Shown: positions 1 to 8,851, numbered from the stretch's first letter. The stretch: DNA of 34,651 bases from Candidatus Woesearchaeota archaeon (GCA_046496745.1 JAWOGQ010000032.1:1-34651); one strand, 5' to 3'. Numbers and translations: made by a program. Notes: generated from the letters alone by a model not told the origin.

Positions 1-143
1 AGGCGCATCACAAGGCGTGGAGGTGAGAGTTTCAAATGCATCTCTTCTTCATAATCAGAGGGGATCGCAGTATATGGTATGCCAAGCTTCTCCAGGATCT
101 CTTTTCTTCGTGGGGATGATGATGCAAGGATTATCGGGTGCAT
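1..143 (-). CDS. maf: Maf-family nucleoside triphosphate pyrophosphatase, N-terminal part (runs off window)
   Basis: Manual translation from ATG at 143 gives MHPIILASSSPRRKEILEKLGIPYTAIPSDYEEEM..., the Maf IILASxSPRR signature. TATA-like TTTTAAAA lies ~23 nt upstream. Not in the ORF track. Confidence 0.92.
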   Translation of the reverse strand, partial: MHPIILASSSPRRKEILEKLGIPYTAIPSDYEEEMHLKLSPPRLVMR

Positions 144-188
144 GTTTATGAAAAGTTGGTTCTTGTTTTAAAATCTATTGATTATAGA

Positions 189-323
189 GAGTTTTTCGAG
201 GAAATAAGCATCATCGAAGGCCAATCAGCCACCCTATATAAGGTGAAGTCCCTTACGGGGATGTCACCTTTTTTTAAAAAGGAATTCAGGCCGAAGTCGA
301 TGCCGGAATTATTCGAAAAACTC
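189..323 (-). mobile_element. MITE copy 1 (135 bp), opposite orientation to copies 2 and 3
   Basis: TIRs GAGTTTTTCGA...TCGAAAAACTC. Perfect 9-bp direct repeat GATTATAGA at 180-188 and 324-332. Reverse complement aligns end to end with 7517-7659 and 13148-13283. Confidence 0.93.
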
Positions 324-366
324 GATTATAGAAAGATAGTTAAATCACTTGATTCCTGTCACTCCT

Positions 367-1590
367 ATGAGTTTGTCAATCAAAGATGTATTGCTTAATG
401 GAGAGACGACTAACATTCTTATTGAAGGGACAAAAATTACTCATATAGGTGAGTTCAGGGATGCAGAAGAAGTAATAGATGCGAAGGGCATGGCAGCAAT
501 CCCTCCTTTCATAAATGGTCATACTCATGCTGCAATGACCTTGTTAAGGGGATTTGCAGAGGATCTTGCGCTTGCGGACTGGCTTAAGGATCATATCTGG
601 CCATTGGAAAACCAGTTGACTGAAGAGGATGTTTATGTCGGTGCAAGGCTTGCATGCCTTGAGATGATAAAGACAGGCACCACTTTCTTTTGTGATATGT
701 ATTGGCATAGTCAGGGGACGATCAGGGCTGTGAATGAGATGGGAATAAGGGCTGCTGTTTCAGCTGTATTTATAGATTTTTTTGACAAGGATACTGCAAA
801 GGAGCAGATTGAAAAAAACAAGGAATTCCTTGTTCAGACTAATGATCGGGTAACTATCATGCTCGGGCCGCATTCGGTCTATACTGTCTCAGAGGAAAGC
901 CTCAAGTGGATTGCAGGTTTTGCAAGAGAGAAAGGGCTTCTTATCCATATCCATCTGTCAGAAACAGAAAAGGAGGTGGCAGAATGTGTTGCTGAACATG
1001 GTGTGAGACCTGTACATTACCTTGATGATATCGGTTTTCTCGGAGATAATGTCTTGCTGTCACACTGCATATGGGTTGATGATTCTGAGATTGAAATACT
1101 AAAGAAAAGGGGATGCAGCATCGTGCATAATCCTGTCTCTAACATGAAGCTTTCTTCAGGCGTACTTCCTTATGAGAAACTTAAAGGGCTTCGCATGATG
1201 CTTGGGACAGACGGGTGCGCATCAAACAATAATCTTGACATGATTGAGGAGATGAAATGCGCAGGTCTATTGCAGAAATTTGCTACAGGTAATCCTCAGT
1301 CACTTCCTGCCAGAGAGATTCTCAGGATGGCAGGGGATGGCAGTTTTTTCGGGCTGGACACAGGCCTTGAGGTTGGCTCGCTTGCAGACCTTTTACTGGT
1401 TGACCTATCGCATCATTCTCTTGTGCCAGGGCATGATCTCAAATCGAATCTTGTCTATTCAGCAAGGAGTGAATGTATCGATACCACTATCTGCAATGGA
1501 CGTGTGCTCATGCGGGGCCGTGTTGTTGAAGGAGAAAAAGAGATAGTTGATGCTGCAGAAAAGACAGCTGCAAGGCTGGTTCAGGGATAG
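367..1590 (+). CDS. mtaD: Amidohydrolase, 5'-methylthioadenosine/S-adenosylhomocysteine (5'-deoxyadenosine) deaminase-like
   Basis: Motifs NGHTHAAM (HxH), HIHLSET, HNPVSNMKL, GTDG.ASNN, G.LADL. Start moved to ATG 367 (MSLSIKD), downstream of GAAAGATAGTTAAAT. Exact substrate is inferred. Confidence 0.85.
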   Translation: MSLSIKDVLLNGETTNILIEGTKITHIGEFRDAEEVIDAKGMAAIPPFINGHTHAAMTLLRGFAEDLALADWLKDHIWPLENQLTEEDVYVGARLACLEMIKTGTTFFCDMYWHSQGTIRAVNEMGIRAAVSAVFIDFFDKDTAKEQIEKNKEFLVQTNDRVTIMLGPHSVYTVSEESLKWIAGFAREKGLLIHIHLSETEKEVAECVAEHGVRPVHYLDDIGFLGDNVLLSHCIWVDDSEIEILKKRGCSIVHNPVSNMKLSSGVLPYEKLKGLRMMLGTDGCASNNNLDMIEEMKCAGLLQKFATGNPQSLPAREILRMAGDGSFFGLDTGLEVGSLADLLLVDLSHHSLVPGHDLKSNLVYSARSECIDTTICNGRVLMRGRVVEGEKEIVDAAEKTAARLVQG

Positions 1591-1595
1591 GATAC

Positions 1596-1604
1596 TTTTA
1601 TAAA
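1596..1604 (+). promoter_or_regulatory. TATA box for a leaderless aRF1 transcript
   Basis: TTTTATAAA ends 22 nt before ATG 1627; no Shine-Dalgarno. Confidence 0.6.
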
Positions 1605-1626
1605 CAATACCTTTTTCTCTAATATC

Positions 1627-2727
1627 ATGTCTCTTACTTCAAAAGAACAAAGGGAGCTGAAGAAATTCGTGCAGGAACTGGAGAATTTCAAAGGCAGAAA
1701 CACTGAGCTTGTGACAGTCTATATTCCATCAGGTTATGATATAAATAAGATCCTTACACATCTTTCACAGGAGCAGGGGACTGCTACAAACATAAAATCC
1801 ACTGCTACACGTAAGAATGTGATCGATGCACTGGAAAGAATGATACAGCATCTGAAGCTTTTCAAGCAGACACCTCCGAATGGCTTAGCATGTTTTTCAG
1901 GGAATGTTGCTGAAAGGGAAGGACAGTCAGATGTCAAGGTGTGGTCTATTGAGCCTCCTGTGGCTCTGAACACAAGGATATATCGTTGTGATAAGCAGTT
2001 CCTTCTTGATATCCTGCGTGAGATGCTTGATGTCAAGGAGATGTACGGCCTGGTTGTGATGGATCGGCGTGATGCTGATGTTGCTTATCTCAAGGGAAAA
2101 AGCATAGTGGAAGTATCAAATGCAAGTTCCAATGTCCCCGGAAAGACAAAGGCAGGTGGACAGTCTGCTGCGCGTTACGGAAGGATAAGGGAGGATGCTG
2201 CAAAGGAATTCTACAAGAAGGTTTCAGAGCTGATGAAGGATGCTTTCCTTGGGAATGATGATGTGAAGGGAATAATCGTAGGAGGACCTGGGCCTACTAA
2301 GTATGAGCTTGTTGAAAGCGGTTTTATCACAGGAAATGTGAAAGATAAGATCATCGCTATAAAGGATTTATCATATACTGGACCTTTCGGATTGCAGGAA
2401 CTTGTCGAGAGAAGTGATGATGTTCTTGCAAACGAGGAGATAATACAAGAGAAAAAATTGATGGCCCGTTTTTTTGAGCTTTTGAACAAGCAGCCAGGAT
2501 TGGTATCCTATGGTTATGAGCAATGCAAGAAACTTCTTACTATGGGTGCTGTTGATAAGCTTCTTGTATCTGATGTTGTTGATGATTCGACATATGATGA
2601 GCTGGCGACACTTGCTGAACAACTTGGTTCGGAAGTCATAATTGTATCTACAGAGACAAGGGAGGGTGTCCAGTTACGTGATATCGGCAAGATCGCTGCG
2701 ATCCTGCGGTATGAGGCTGATCTGTGA
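1627..2727 (+). CDS. prf1: Archaeal peptide chain release factor aRF1
   Basis: NIKS, YRCDKQF (YxCxxxF) and GGQS motifs; C-terminal IAAILRY. Confidence 0.97.
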   Translation: MSLTSKEQRELKKFVQELENFKGRNTELVTVYIPSGYDINKILTHLSQEQGTATNIKSTATRKNVIDALERMIQHLKLFKQTPPNGLACFSGNVAEREGQSDVKVWSIEPPVALNTRIYRCDKQFLLDILREMLDVKEMYGLVVMDRRDADVAYLKGKSIVEVSNASSNVPGKTKAGGQSAARYGRIREDAAKEFYKKVSELMKDAFLGNDDVKGIIVGGPGPTKYELVESGFITGNVKDKIIAIKDLSYTGPFGLQELVERSDDVLANEEIIQEKKLMARFFELLNKQPGLVSYGYEQCKKLLTMGAVDKLLVSDVVDDSTYDELATLAEQLGSEVIIVSTETREGVQLRDIGKIAAILRYEADL

Positions 2728-3356
2728 TGCCTGAGGATGCTTATGTATGCTTATTCGGGAGTGAACCGCCATATACCTTTGAGGTGACTTATTCTAATCG
2801 GTTCAAGCCTTTCAATGCAAGGGTCGAGAAAAGAGCAAAACATATCTGTTTTAAGCTGAGCAGGAAATGGGATGGTATAGACCCAGACATAAAGAAAGGG
2901 CTTTACCAGGAGTTGCTGGCAAAACTGTTTAGTGTGGCTGATGATACAAGATACATGGAGCTTTACCGTATATTCGTCCATAACATGCATATCGCTGCCG
3001 ATCGGATCGAAAGCGATCCTTACCTTGTAGAATCCTTCAACAGGGTCAATGAGCGCTATTTCTCTTTTGATATCGAAATGCCTAATCTCTTGTTTGGGAA
3101 GAAAACCAAACGCACATTGGGTTCATACAATTTCCATGCAGATACTCTCACTATAAGCAGTGTGCTTAAGGATGGACCTCAGGAGTTTGTGGATTATGTC
3201 ATGTATCATGAGCTTCTCCATAAATGGCTTAAGTTTGATTACACAAAAAGGAAGGCCAGGCACCATACCTCTGAGTTCAAGAGACTGGAACAACAGTTTG
3301 AGGATTATGAGGGTGTGGAGAAACGCCTGAAAAGATTTCTTAACGGGAGATCCTGA
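2727..3356 (+). CDS. Zincin metalloprotease-like protein (SprT/YgjP-DUF45-like)
   Basis: DYVMYHELLH (HExxH) followed by HHTSEF; LGSY upstream; TGATG stop/start overlap with aRF1. Confidence 0.75.
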   Translation: MPEDAYVCLFGSEPPYTFEVTYSNRFKPFNARVEKRAKHICFKLSRKWDGIDPDIKKGLYQELLAKLFSVADDTRYMELYRIFVHNMHIAADRIESDPYLVESFNRVNERYFSFDIEMPNLLFGKKTKRTLGSYNFHADTLTISSVLKDGPQEFVDYVMYHELLHKWLKFDYTKRKARHHTSEFKRLEQQFEDYEGVEKRLKRFLNGRS

Positions 3357-6300
3357 TCATCCTGAAATTTGCGTTCTTCCATGCTGTGTAGAATAATATC
3401 TTCTTTACTCTCCTGTTCTTGATGTTGTTGAGGTAGTCGTGATAGATTATGTCCCTGTCGTTGTATCCTGTTATTATAACGTTGTTCCTTACATACCTGT
3501 TCTCCTGTTGAGGGTCCTGTGCAAGGATCTGTGCTATTATGACTCCTTTTTTCATCTCTTTTTTCAGCTGTTCTATTGTCATCTCTCTTTTCTTGTATCT
3601 GGCGCCTCTCTTGATTGTCTTTTTCAACAGGTCAAGGTCGTGATGATTCTTGCTGTACTTGACATTGTCTGAGATCTCAACAGTATTGTTGAGATTTGTG
3701 CTTGCGTATGCCATGCGGATAAGGCTGTTGTTTTTTGTGGCAGGTATATCTCTTACTTTCTCCAGGAGAATCTTTTTCTTGAGCCACTTATGGACGTGCA
3801 TGTGCGCGGAAAGAAGGGTCAAGAGCAGGCTTTTCTCGTATGTTATGTTTGTTATCTTTATGAACGGGACTTTAAGGTGCTTGCTTTTTATCTTTTTCAG
3901 GAAAGGGTTTATCGCTTTGTTCAGACTATTGGAAAAAGAACTGATCTTCTCTTTTCCAGTCTGGATGCGTTCTTTGATGGTGTCTCCAAGATAGTATATG
4001 AACTCGTTTTGTCTTGCCCTTCTTTTTATGTCATCCAATAGAAGGTACCAGTACGTGAGTGCCTTGTCAACAATGTTCACATATGCGCTCTGGTTTATTG
4101 TTCCTGCTTTTATCCTTCTTACTTCATATGCGTAGCCGTAGTGGCCTCCGAAAACACCTATTATCGCAACCAGTATTATCATGATGAGGAAAGGCCATAA
4201 CCTGAATTCACTCTCTCTCTTGATCTCACCAGGTTTCTCGATACTTGTATCCACGGGTTCATCCTCTCTTCTTATTATGTTGGTGTCATCTGAACTTTCT
4301 TCTTCTTCCTCGGATATGCAGTCCTTGGTGTGAAACTCTTCTGTTGTGCCTCCCTGGAGGCTTAACCTGTATTGGCCTTTCTCCTTTGGTGTGAAGGTAA
4401 CCAGGCCTTCACTGTCAGTCATAAGAGACATCACTTCTTCATAGGTGTTATTGATTACCCTCTCTACTGTGATATCCTCCTCTTCCAAGGCGCCGCAAGC
4501 CTCCATCCCGTCGATGATAAGGCCCTGGGTCTCGCATGTAGCCCTTGGGACAAGCTTTACTGCCTTTATTGTCATGCTGTCTTCAAGGCAATTCCTGGGA
4601 TAGATTATGATTGCTGATGATTCGCTGTCATCGCAGATTCCGCAATCCGTTCTGCAGGTTTCACAGCTTTCAATATCATTGCATACATCATCTCCGCAAT
4701 AGTTTACATGTATAGTTATCTCCATCCAGTTGCTTAATCCGTACTCGTCTGTGATGGTTATGTTGATCCTGTGTGTCCCACGCTGGTCTGCTGAGGGATA
4801 GCTTCGTATGATCCCGTTATTGCTTATCTGGAATGCTGAAGAGTTTGTCCTGAAACTGATCTGGTCTCCGTCATAATCTGTGGCGTTTATGGTGAGGTTG
4901 AACTGCTCGTAATTATAGGCTTCATATTCTGTCTTATCCACATTGAAGAACGGAGGGTCGTTCACATCGATGATGTTGAAGGTCACGGTCTGGGTTACGT
5001 TATGCACCTGGTCTGATACTGTGAAAATCACGGGGACCTCTCCGCTCACAGTGGGTCCAGGGGTCCAGGAGACTGTCGCAAGAGTATTGTTGATCTTTGT
5101 TATCGAGATATTGTTGTTATCGCTTGTAAAGCTAAGCTGGTCATTGTCCACATCTGATGCTGTTATGTTGAAACGTACTTCTTCTCTTTGTTCAAGAGTC
5201 ATATCCGGGATAGGGTCGAATTCAGGAGGTGTCACTGTGAATGTGATTGTCTCTGAGAATTCCCTGACTTGTTGCCAGCCATGAATGTCCTCTGCATTGA
5301 TGCTGAAATTGACTGTCTGGTTAGCATGGTCTCCCCAGGAACCTGTTATGTTGAATGTGAATTCCTGTCCACCTTGCAGGTCTCCTGTTCCAGGGGTCAT
5401 TTCTACAGGCCCTTCCCATCCTGTGTCCCAGAGGTTGTATCTTATTGTTGGTGCATCGTCTTGTAGAGGGGATGTGTCCTGGAGTGTTACAGTTATCTGC
5501 ATGTCGCCAGTAGAGTAGAGGTTCAGGTTTGTCCATGAGGTTGATACGAAGCTTGGAGGAAGGGTATCTATTATTATCCAGTCAGAGCTTGCATTGCCTA
5601 TGTTTCCTGCTGAATCCTCTCCCCATACATAAACAGACACGTTTCCCTGGGTGAAGACACTCATCTGGGTTTCTGTCCCTGTTTCGACAAACCCCTGGGT
5701 TGTCATCTGGTTGTTTGATGTGTTATAGTAATAACGGGATATGTTTGAGATGTCATTGAAGCCTGACCATGATATGTCAAGGAGTGTTGATGTTGCATAC
5801 GTTGAACCATTCTCGATAGAGACGCTTGCGCTCTGAGGCGAGGGAGGGGTGGTATCATAATAAAGCACATGTGGTGTATCTTCGCTTAGCACCCCGTTCA
5901 TGGTGTTGTTGCACTGGAAATAGAATGTGTTCTCACCTTCCTGGTAGAAGGGGATGTCTGCAGAATGGGTCTGTGTACCTGTGGTGTCCATGCTGTTCTT
6001 TGCATCAAAAGGTGTGTTGTTTGCTGTAGCATACCTGCATTCTGCCGGAAGGGTGGTTTCAAAGCTGATTGTCTGGTCGGTATTGAACCATCCGGTAGGT
6101 GTTATGTTCTGTATCGATACCGACCCCTCGTTGACCCTGAAGGTACGGGTCTCTGATTCTGTGACAAGTGTGGGTGTTAAAAAAGGATCATGTATCTGGA
6201 CCTTCCAGTAATACGTGTCATCAGTAAGGGCCTGGGCGCTTGTCAGGGTGTGGTTCTCCTCTGAATTGGTTATGTTTATCTCCGGGCTTGAGAAATCCGG

Positions 6301-6816
6301 GTCATTGTCTATTATAAGCCTGTGGATGGCAGTACTTCCCTGGTCATAGGAAAAATCCCATATGAACTGGGTCATGTTTGGCTGGATGCTGTCGTTTCCC
6401 GGTGAATGCAAGCGGATGACATATTCCATATCCAAAGCGATGGGTGCGTCGAAAGCTGAAGGTGTAGGTGAAGGGGGTGGATGTATTGTCACGTTTTCAG
6501 GCAAAGCCTGGGTCGTAACAGGGGGATTTGCCCATGCGCGGGAACGGATGATATAATCTGCGTCATCAGGCACAGTCTGGCTGAATGTAATTATTGTCAT
6601 GCCCCATGTTGCATTTATGACTGTTGAGTTCTGGGTCCTGCTCTCGATAAGGGTACCGTTTGGATAGAACAGTTCAGCCTGTACCTCTGCATCCCCTCCT
6701 CCATGGCCTGTGGTGTTGACCATCGCGTTTATTGTTGCAGGAGCTCCAGCTGCAGCTAGGGAGAAGATGCTTAACATGAGCATCAGTACAAGTCCTTTTA
6801 TTGCAGGGTGTCCCAT
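3340..6816 (-). CDS. 1,158-aa single-pass surface protein: Ig/cadherin-like ectodomain, Cys-rich module, TM helix, cytoplasmic C39-like domain
   Basis: Signal peptide; DTTPP/DTLPP Ig linkers; cadherin-like ASDVDND, DVNDPP, ATDYDGD; CGDDVCNDIESCETCRTDCGIC; TM LWPFLIMIILVAIIGVFGG; basic tail with LKVP...VIITGYN...IIYHD...AW. Confidence 0.85.
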   Translation of the reverse strand: MGHPAIKGLVLMLMLSIFSLAAAGAPATINAMVNTTGHGGGDAEVQAELFYPNGTLIESRTQNSTVINATWGMTIITFSQTVPDDADYIIRSRAWANPPVTTQALPENVTIHPPPSPTPSAFDAPIALDMEYVIRLHSPGNDSIQPNMTQFIWDFSYDQGSTAIHRLIIDNDPDFSSPEINITNSEENHTLTSAQALTDDTYYWKVQIHDPFLTPTLVTESETRTFRVNEGSVSIQNITPTGWFNTDQTISFETTLPAECRYATANNTPFDAKNSMDTTGTQTHSADIPFYQEGENTFYFQCNNTMNGVLSEDTPHVLYYDTTPPSPQSASVSIENGSTYATSTLLDISWSGFNDISNISRYYYNTSNNQMTTQGFVETGTETQMSVFTQGNVSVYVWGEDSAGNIGNASSDWIIIDTLPPSFVSTSWTNLNLYSTGDMQITVTLQDTSPLQDDAPTIRYNLWDTGWEGPVEMTPGTGDLQGGQEFTFNITGSWGDHANQTVNFSINAEDIHGWQQVREFSETITFTVTPPEFDPIPDMTLEQREEVRFNITASDVDNDQLSFTSDNNNISITKINNTLATVSWTPGPTVSGEVPVIFTVSDQVHNVTQTVTFNIIDVNDPPFFNVDKTEYEAYNYEQFNLTINATDYDGDQISFRTNSSAFQISNNGIIRSYPSADQRGTHRINITITDEYGLSNWMEITIHVNYCGDDVCNDIESCETCRTDCGICDDSESSAIIIYPRNCLEDSMTIKAVKLVPRATCETQGLIIDGMEACGALEEEDITVERVINNTYEEVMSLMTDSEGLVTFTPKEKGQYRLSLQGGTTEEFHTKDCISEEEEESSDDTNIIRREDEPVDTSIEKPGEIKRESEFRLWPFLIMIILVAIIGVFGGHYGYAYEVRRIKAGTINQSAYVNIVDKALTYWYLLLDDIKRRARQNEFIYYLGDTIKERIQTGKEKISSFSNSLNKAINPFLKKIKSKHLKVPFIKITNITYEKSLLLTLLSAHMHVHKWLKKKILLEKVRDIPATKNNSLIRMAYASTNLNNTVEISDNVKYSKNHHDLDLLKKTIKRGARYKKREMTIEQLKKEMKKGVIIAQILAQDPQQENRYVRNNVIITGYNDRDIIYHDYLNNIKNRRVKKILFYTAWKNANFRMIRISR

Positions 6817-7361
6817 AGTCTTAGGCTGAGTTCTTTTGTAAGCTTGTTCTCTTCCACAGCATGGAGGTCTATAATTGTCTGTATAGGTGAGGTGATATTT
6901 TTGGTTATGATGATGCTTTTTGGTTCCTTGTGAAGGATGATTTTTGTCTGGCCAGGGTCAAGACGGTTCAGGGTTGTTATGATGTTGGGGTTTGCGTAGG
7001 CGTGAAGCTCGTCAGCAATCTCGAATCCCTGGATCTCTTCCAGGGCGCTGTGCAGGCAGAGGGTAGCTTCTTTTTTCAGGATCTTTCTGGCTTCTTCCTT
7101 TGTGCAGTTGATCTCGATTGTACGGTCTTCTTCAATTACATGCTGGTCAGCAATGTGCCTTATGAGTTTGTTTGGGGCGATGAGAAGGTATCGGCCTGTC
7201 TCTCTTTTTGCAATGCCTTTTTGGATGAGCCATTTTGTTATGGTATTGACCCTTCCAATCGATACCTTGCTTTTTTCTGATATAGTGCTCTGGGTGAAAG
7301 AAGGGGTCTGTAAAATAGCATCAAGGATCATCAAGGTCTTTTTGCTGGTGAGTCTTTTCAT
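6798..7361 (-). CDS. Winged-helix DNA-binding protein, AbiEi-like architecture
   Basis: N-terminal wHTH (TQSTISEKSKVSIGRVNTITKWL); C-terminal TSPIQTIIDL resembles AbiEi-type C-domains; overlaps the downstream start by 19 nt. Confidence 0.7.
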   Translation of the reverse strand: MKRLTSKKTLMILDAILQTPSFTQSTISEKSKVSIGRVNTITKWLIQKGIAKRETGRYLLIAPNKLIRHIADQHVIEEDRTIEINCTKEEARKILKKEATLCLHSALEEIQGFEIADELHAYANPNIITTLNRLDPGQTKIILHKEPKSIIITKNITSPIQTIIDLHAVEENKLTKELSLRLWDTLQ

Positions 7362-7516
7362 TTATTCATGAAATTTTCACTTTTTTATAGTTTTTTTAGT
7401 TTTTCCTAAGTTATTTGTTTTTATAATATTAATTTAGTTTTTTGTTTATTTACCTGGATTATACTGCTTTTTTCTTTTTTATTGAAAAGAGAATTTAAAA
7501 TTCTTTCGTTTTCTTG

Positions 7517-7659
7517 GAGTTTTTCGAATAATTCCGGCATCGACTTCGGCCTGATTTCTTTTTTAAAAAGAGGTGACATCCCCGTAAGGGACTTCCCCCT
7601 TTCACCTTATATAGAGATACTAATCGGCCTTCGATGATGCTTATTTTTTCGAAAAACTC
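7517..7659 (+). mobile_element. MITE copy 2 (143 bp)
   Basis: Same TIRs. Perfect 9-bp TSD GTTTTCTTG at 7508-7516 and 7660-7668. Overlaps the 3' end of the regulator gene. Confidence 0.93.
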
Positions 7660-8273
7660 GTTTTCTTGCCTTTATACAGGACTTTCTTTTCAAAAGGGCA
7701 TTCTTTCAGAAAATCACTCAGGCCTCTTGTTACCTGGGAGTCCCAGTTGCTTAGAAGGAGTTCCACCTCATCGATGGGGATATTGGTCTTCAGGGCGATC
7801 TCATGCGTTGTGAAGTATTTGTCGGGGTTGTTGTCCAGGAAATCGATAATTTTCTTGGTCTTTTTGGAGTCGACCCAGAGGCCCTGGAAGAAGCGCTGCA
7901 GCCTGGATTTTTGTGGGCTGTTGCGTGTTATGCAAAGGACGTTTGATTTGATTATCCTTTGCTTGTTTCCTTCATAGATGACCTTGGTCTCGATGAGACC
8001 TGCTTCCTCCAGCCGTTTCAGGTTCTCATGAATGGTGGAGGAGGAATGGCCGATCTCTTTTTTCAGGGAGGTGGCATTGTGATTATCGTTTCCTGAGAGT
8101 GTTATCAGTATCTTGCGGGGGATATCCTGGGTCCAGCTTTTTTCTATCTGGTATTTGGTCTCTGAGGGGATTGTGGTGGGAAGAATCTCTATTATCTTTT
8201 TTGTGCGCTGGTGATAATATACGCAGATTTCCATGGACGGTTTTCTTTGGATTTCATATATTAATCTTTCCAT
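7641..8273 (-). CDS. ArsR-like winged-helix transcriptional regulator, probably with a second HTH
   Basis: RKILITL...ATSLKKEIGHSSSTIHENLKRLEEAGLI; second helix pair TTHEIALKTNIPIDEVELLL; divergent from the fla operon. Confidence 0.8.
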   Translation of the reverse strand: MERLIYEIQRKPSMEICVYYHQRTKKIIEILPTTIPSETKYQIEKSWTQDIPRKILITLSGNDNHNATSLKKEIGHSSSTIHENLKRLEEAGLIETKVIYEGNKQRIIKSNVLCITRNSPQKSRLQRFFQGLWVDSKKTKKIIDFLDNNPDKYFTTHEIALKTNIPIDEVELLLSNWDSQVTRGLSDFLKECPFEKKVLYKGKKTSFSKK

Positions 8274-8317
8274 TTTTCGGTAATACCGAAAAACTGAAAA
8301 ACCGAAATATTTATATA
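8273..8317 (+). promoter_or_regulatory. Operator-like palindrome plus BRE/TATA of the fla operon
   Basis: TTTTTCGGTA-A-TACCGAAAAA at 8273-8293; ACCGAAATA-TTTATATA at 8301-8317. Confidence 0.65.
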
Positions 8318-8388
8318 TATTTTAGTAGGGGAATACATATATAGCAGATTACATAAAGCACTCTTAATATACAAGAGGGTATACTAAA

Positions 8389-8850
8389 ATGGGTTTTGGA
8401 ACTATCGCTGCAAATATCATAATGTTTATCTCGGTATTGATACTTTCGACTGCCGTGCTTGGTGTTTTCAAATCAACCATAGACAGTTCGGTCGGTTCTT
8501 TCCAGTCGCGTTCTGATGAGATATCCAATTCGATAAGGACAGATATCACTATACAAAGTGCAGTCTATGACAATGTGAGCGATGAGATTGTTGTCACGCT
8601 GAAGAATACTGGTGAGACTGTGCTTGACCCTCAATATATGGATGTCTATGTTGATGGTTTCTTTATCCCCAGGAATGCTGCAAACCGGACAGTCCGTGTC
8701 CTTCCGTCAACCGATACCCGTAATTCAGGGCTTTTTGACCCGCGGGAAGTAGTTGAGATCGTAGTAGGACAGGAGCTTGATGAGAGCCATCATTATGTGG
8801 CTGTGGCTACCCAGTACGGGACAAGGACAGAGGAATTGATAACCCAGTAA
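8389..8850 (+). CDS. Archaellum accessory/stator protein, FlaF/FlaG (ArlF/ArlG) family
   Basis: N-terminal TM MGFGTIAANIIMFI; RTDITI, LKNTG, VYVDG, VATQYG; directly upstream of flaH. F versus G cannot be resolved by eye. Confidence 0.8.
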   Translation: MGFGTIAANIIMFISVLILSTAVLGVFKSTIDSSVGSFQSRSDEISNSIRTDITIQSAVYDNVSDEIVVTLKNTGETVLDPQYMDVYVDGFFIPRNAANRTVRVLPSTDTRNSGLFDPREVVEIVVGQELDESHHYVAVATQYGTRTEELITQ

Positions 8851-8851
8851 A

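Noticed and set aside
189-323. CRISPR or ncRNA interpretation of the repeat
   Set aside because: Copies are dispersed, have no repeat-spacer periodicity or cas genes, and carry TIRs plus TSDs.
138-398. 86-aa ORF reading through MITE copy 1 (RPE-like in-frame element?)
   Set aside because: It overlaps two real genes and their promoters. Copies 2 and 3 are not multiples of three, so the open frame is probably chance.
1627-2727. Short aRF1 as truncation or pelota
   Set aside because: NIKS, YxCxxxF, GGQ and the C-terminus are intact; short forms lacking the mini-domain are known.
3439-6556. Many short antisense or alternate-frame ORFs inside long genes (here and throughout the window)
   Set aside because: Shadow ORFs with no motifs or initiation signals.
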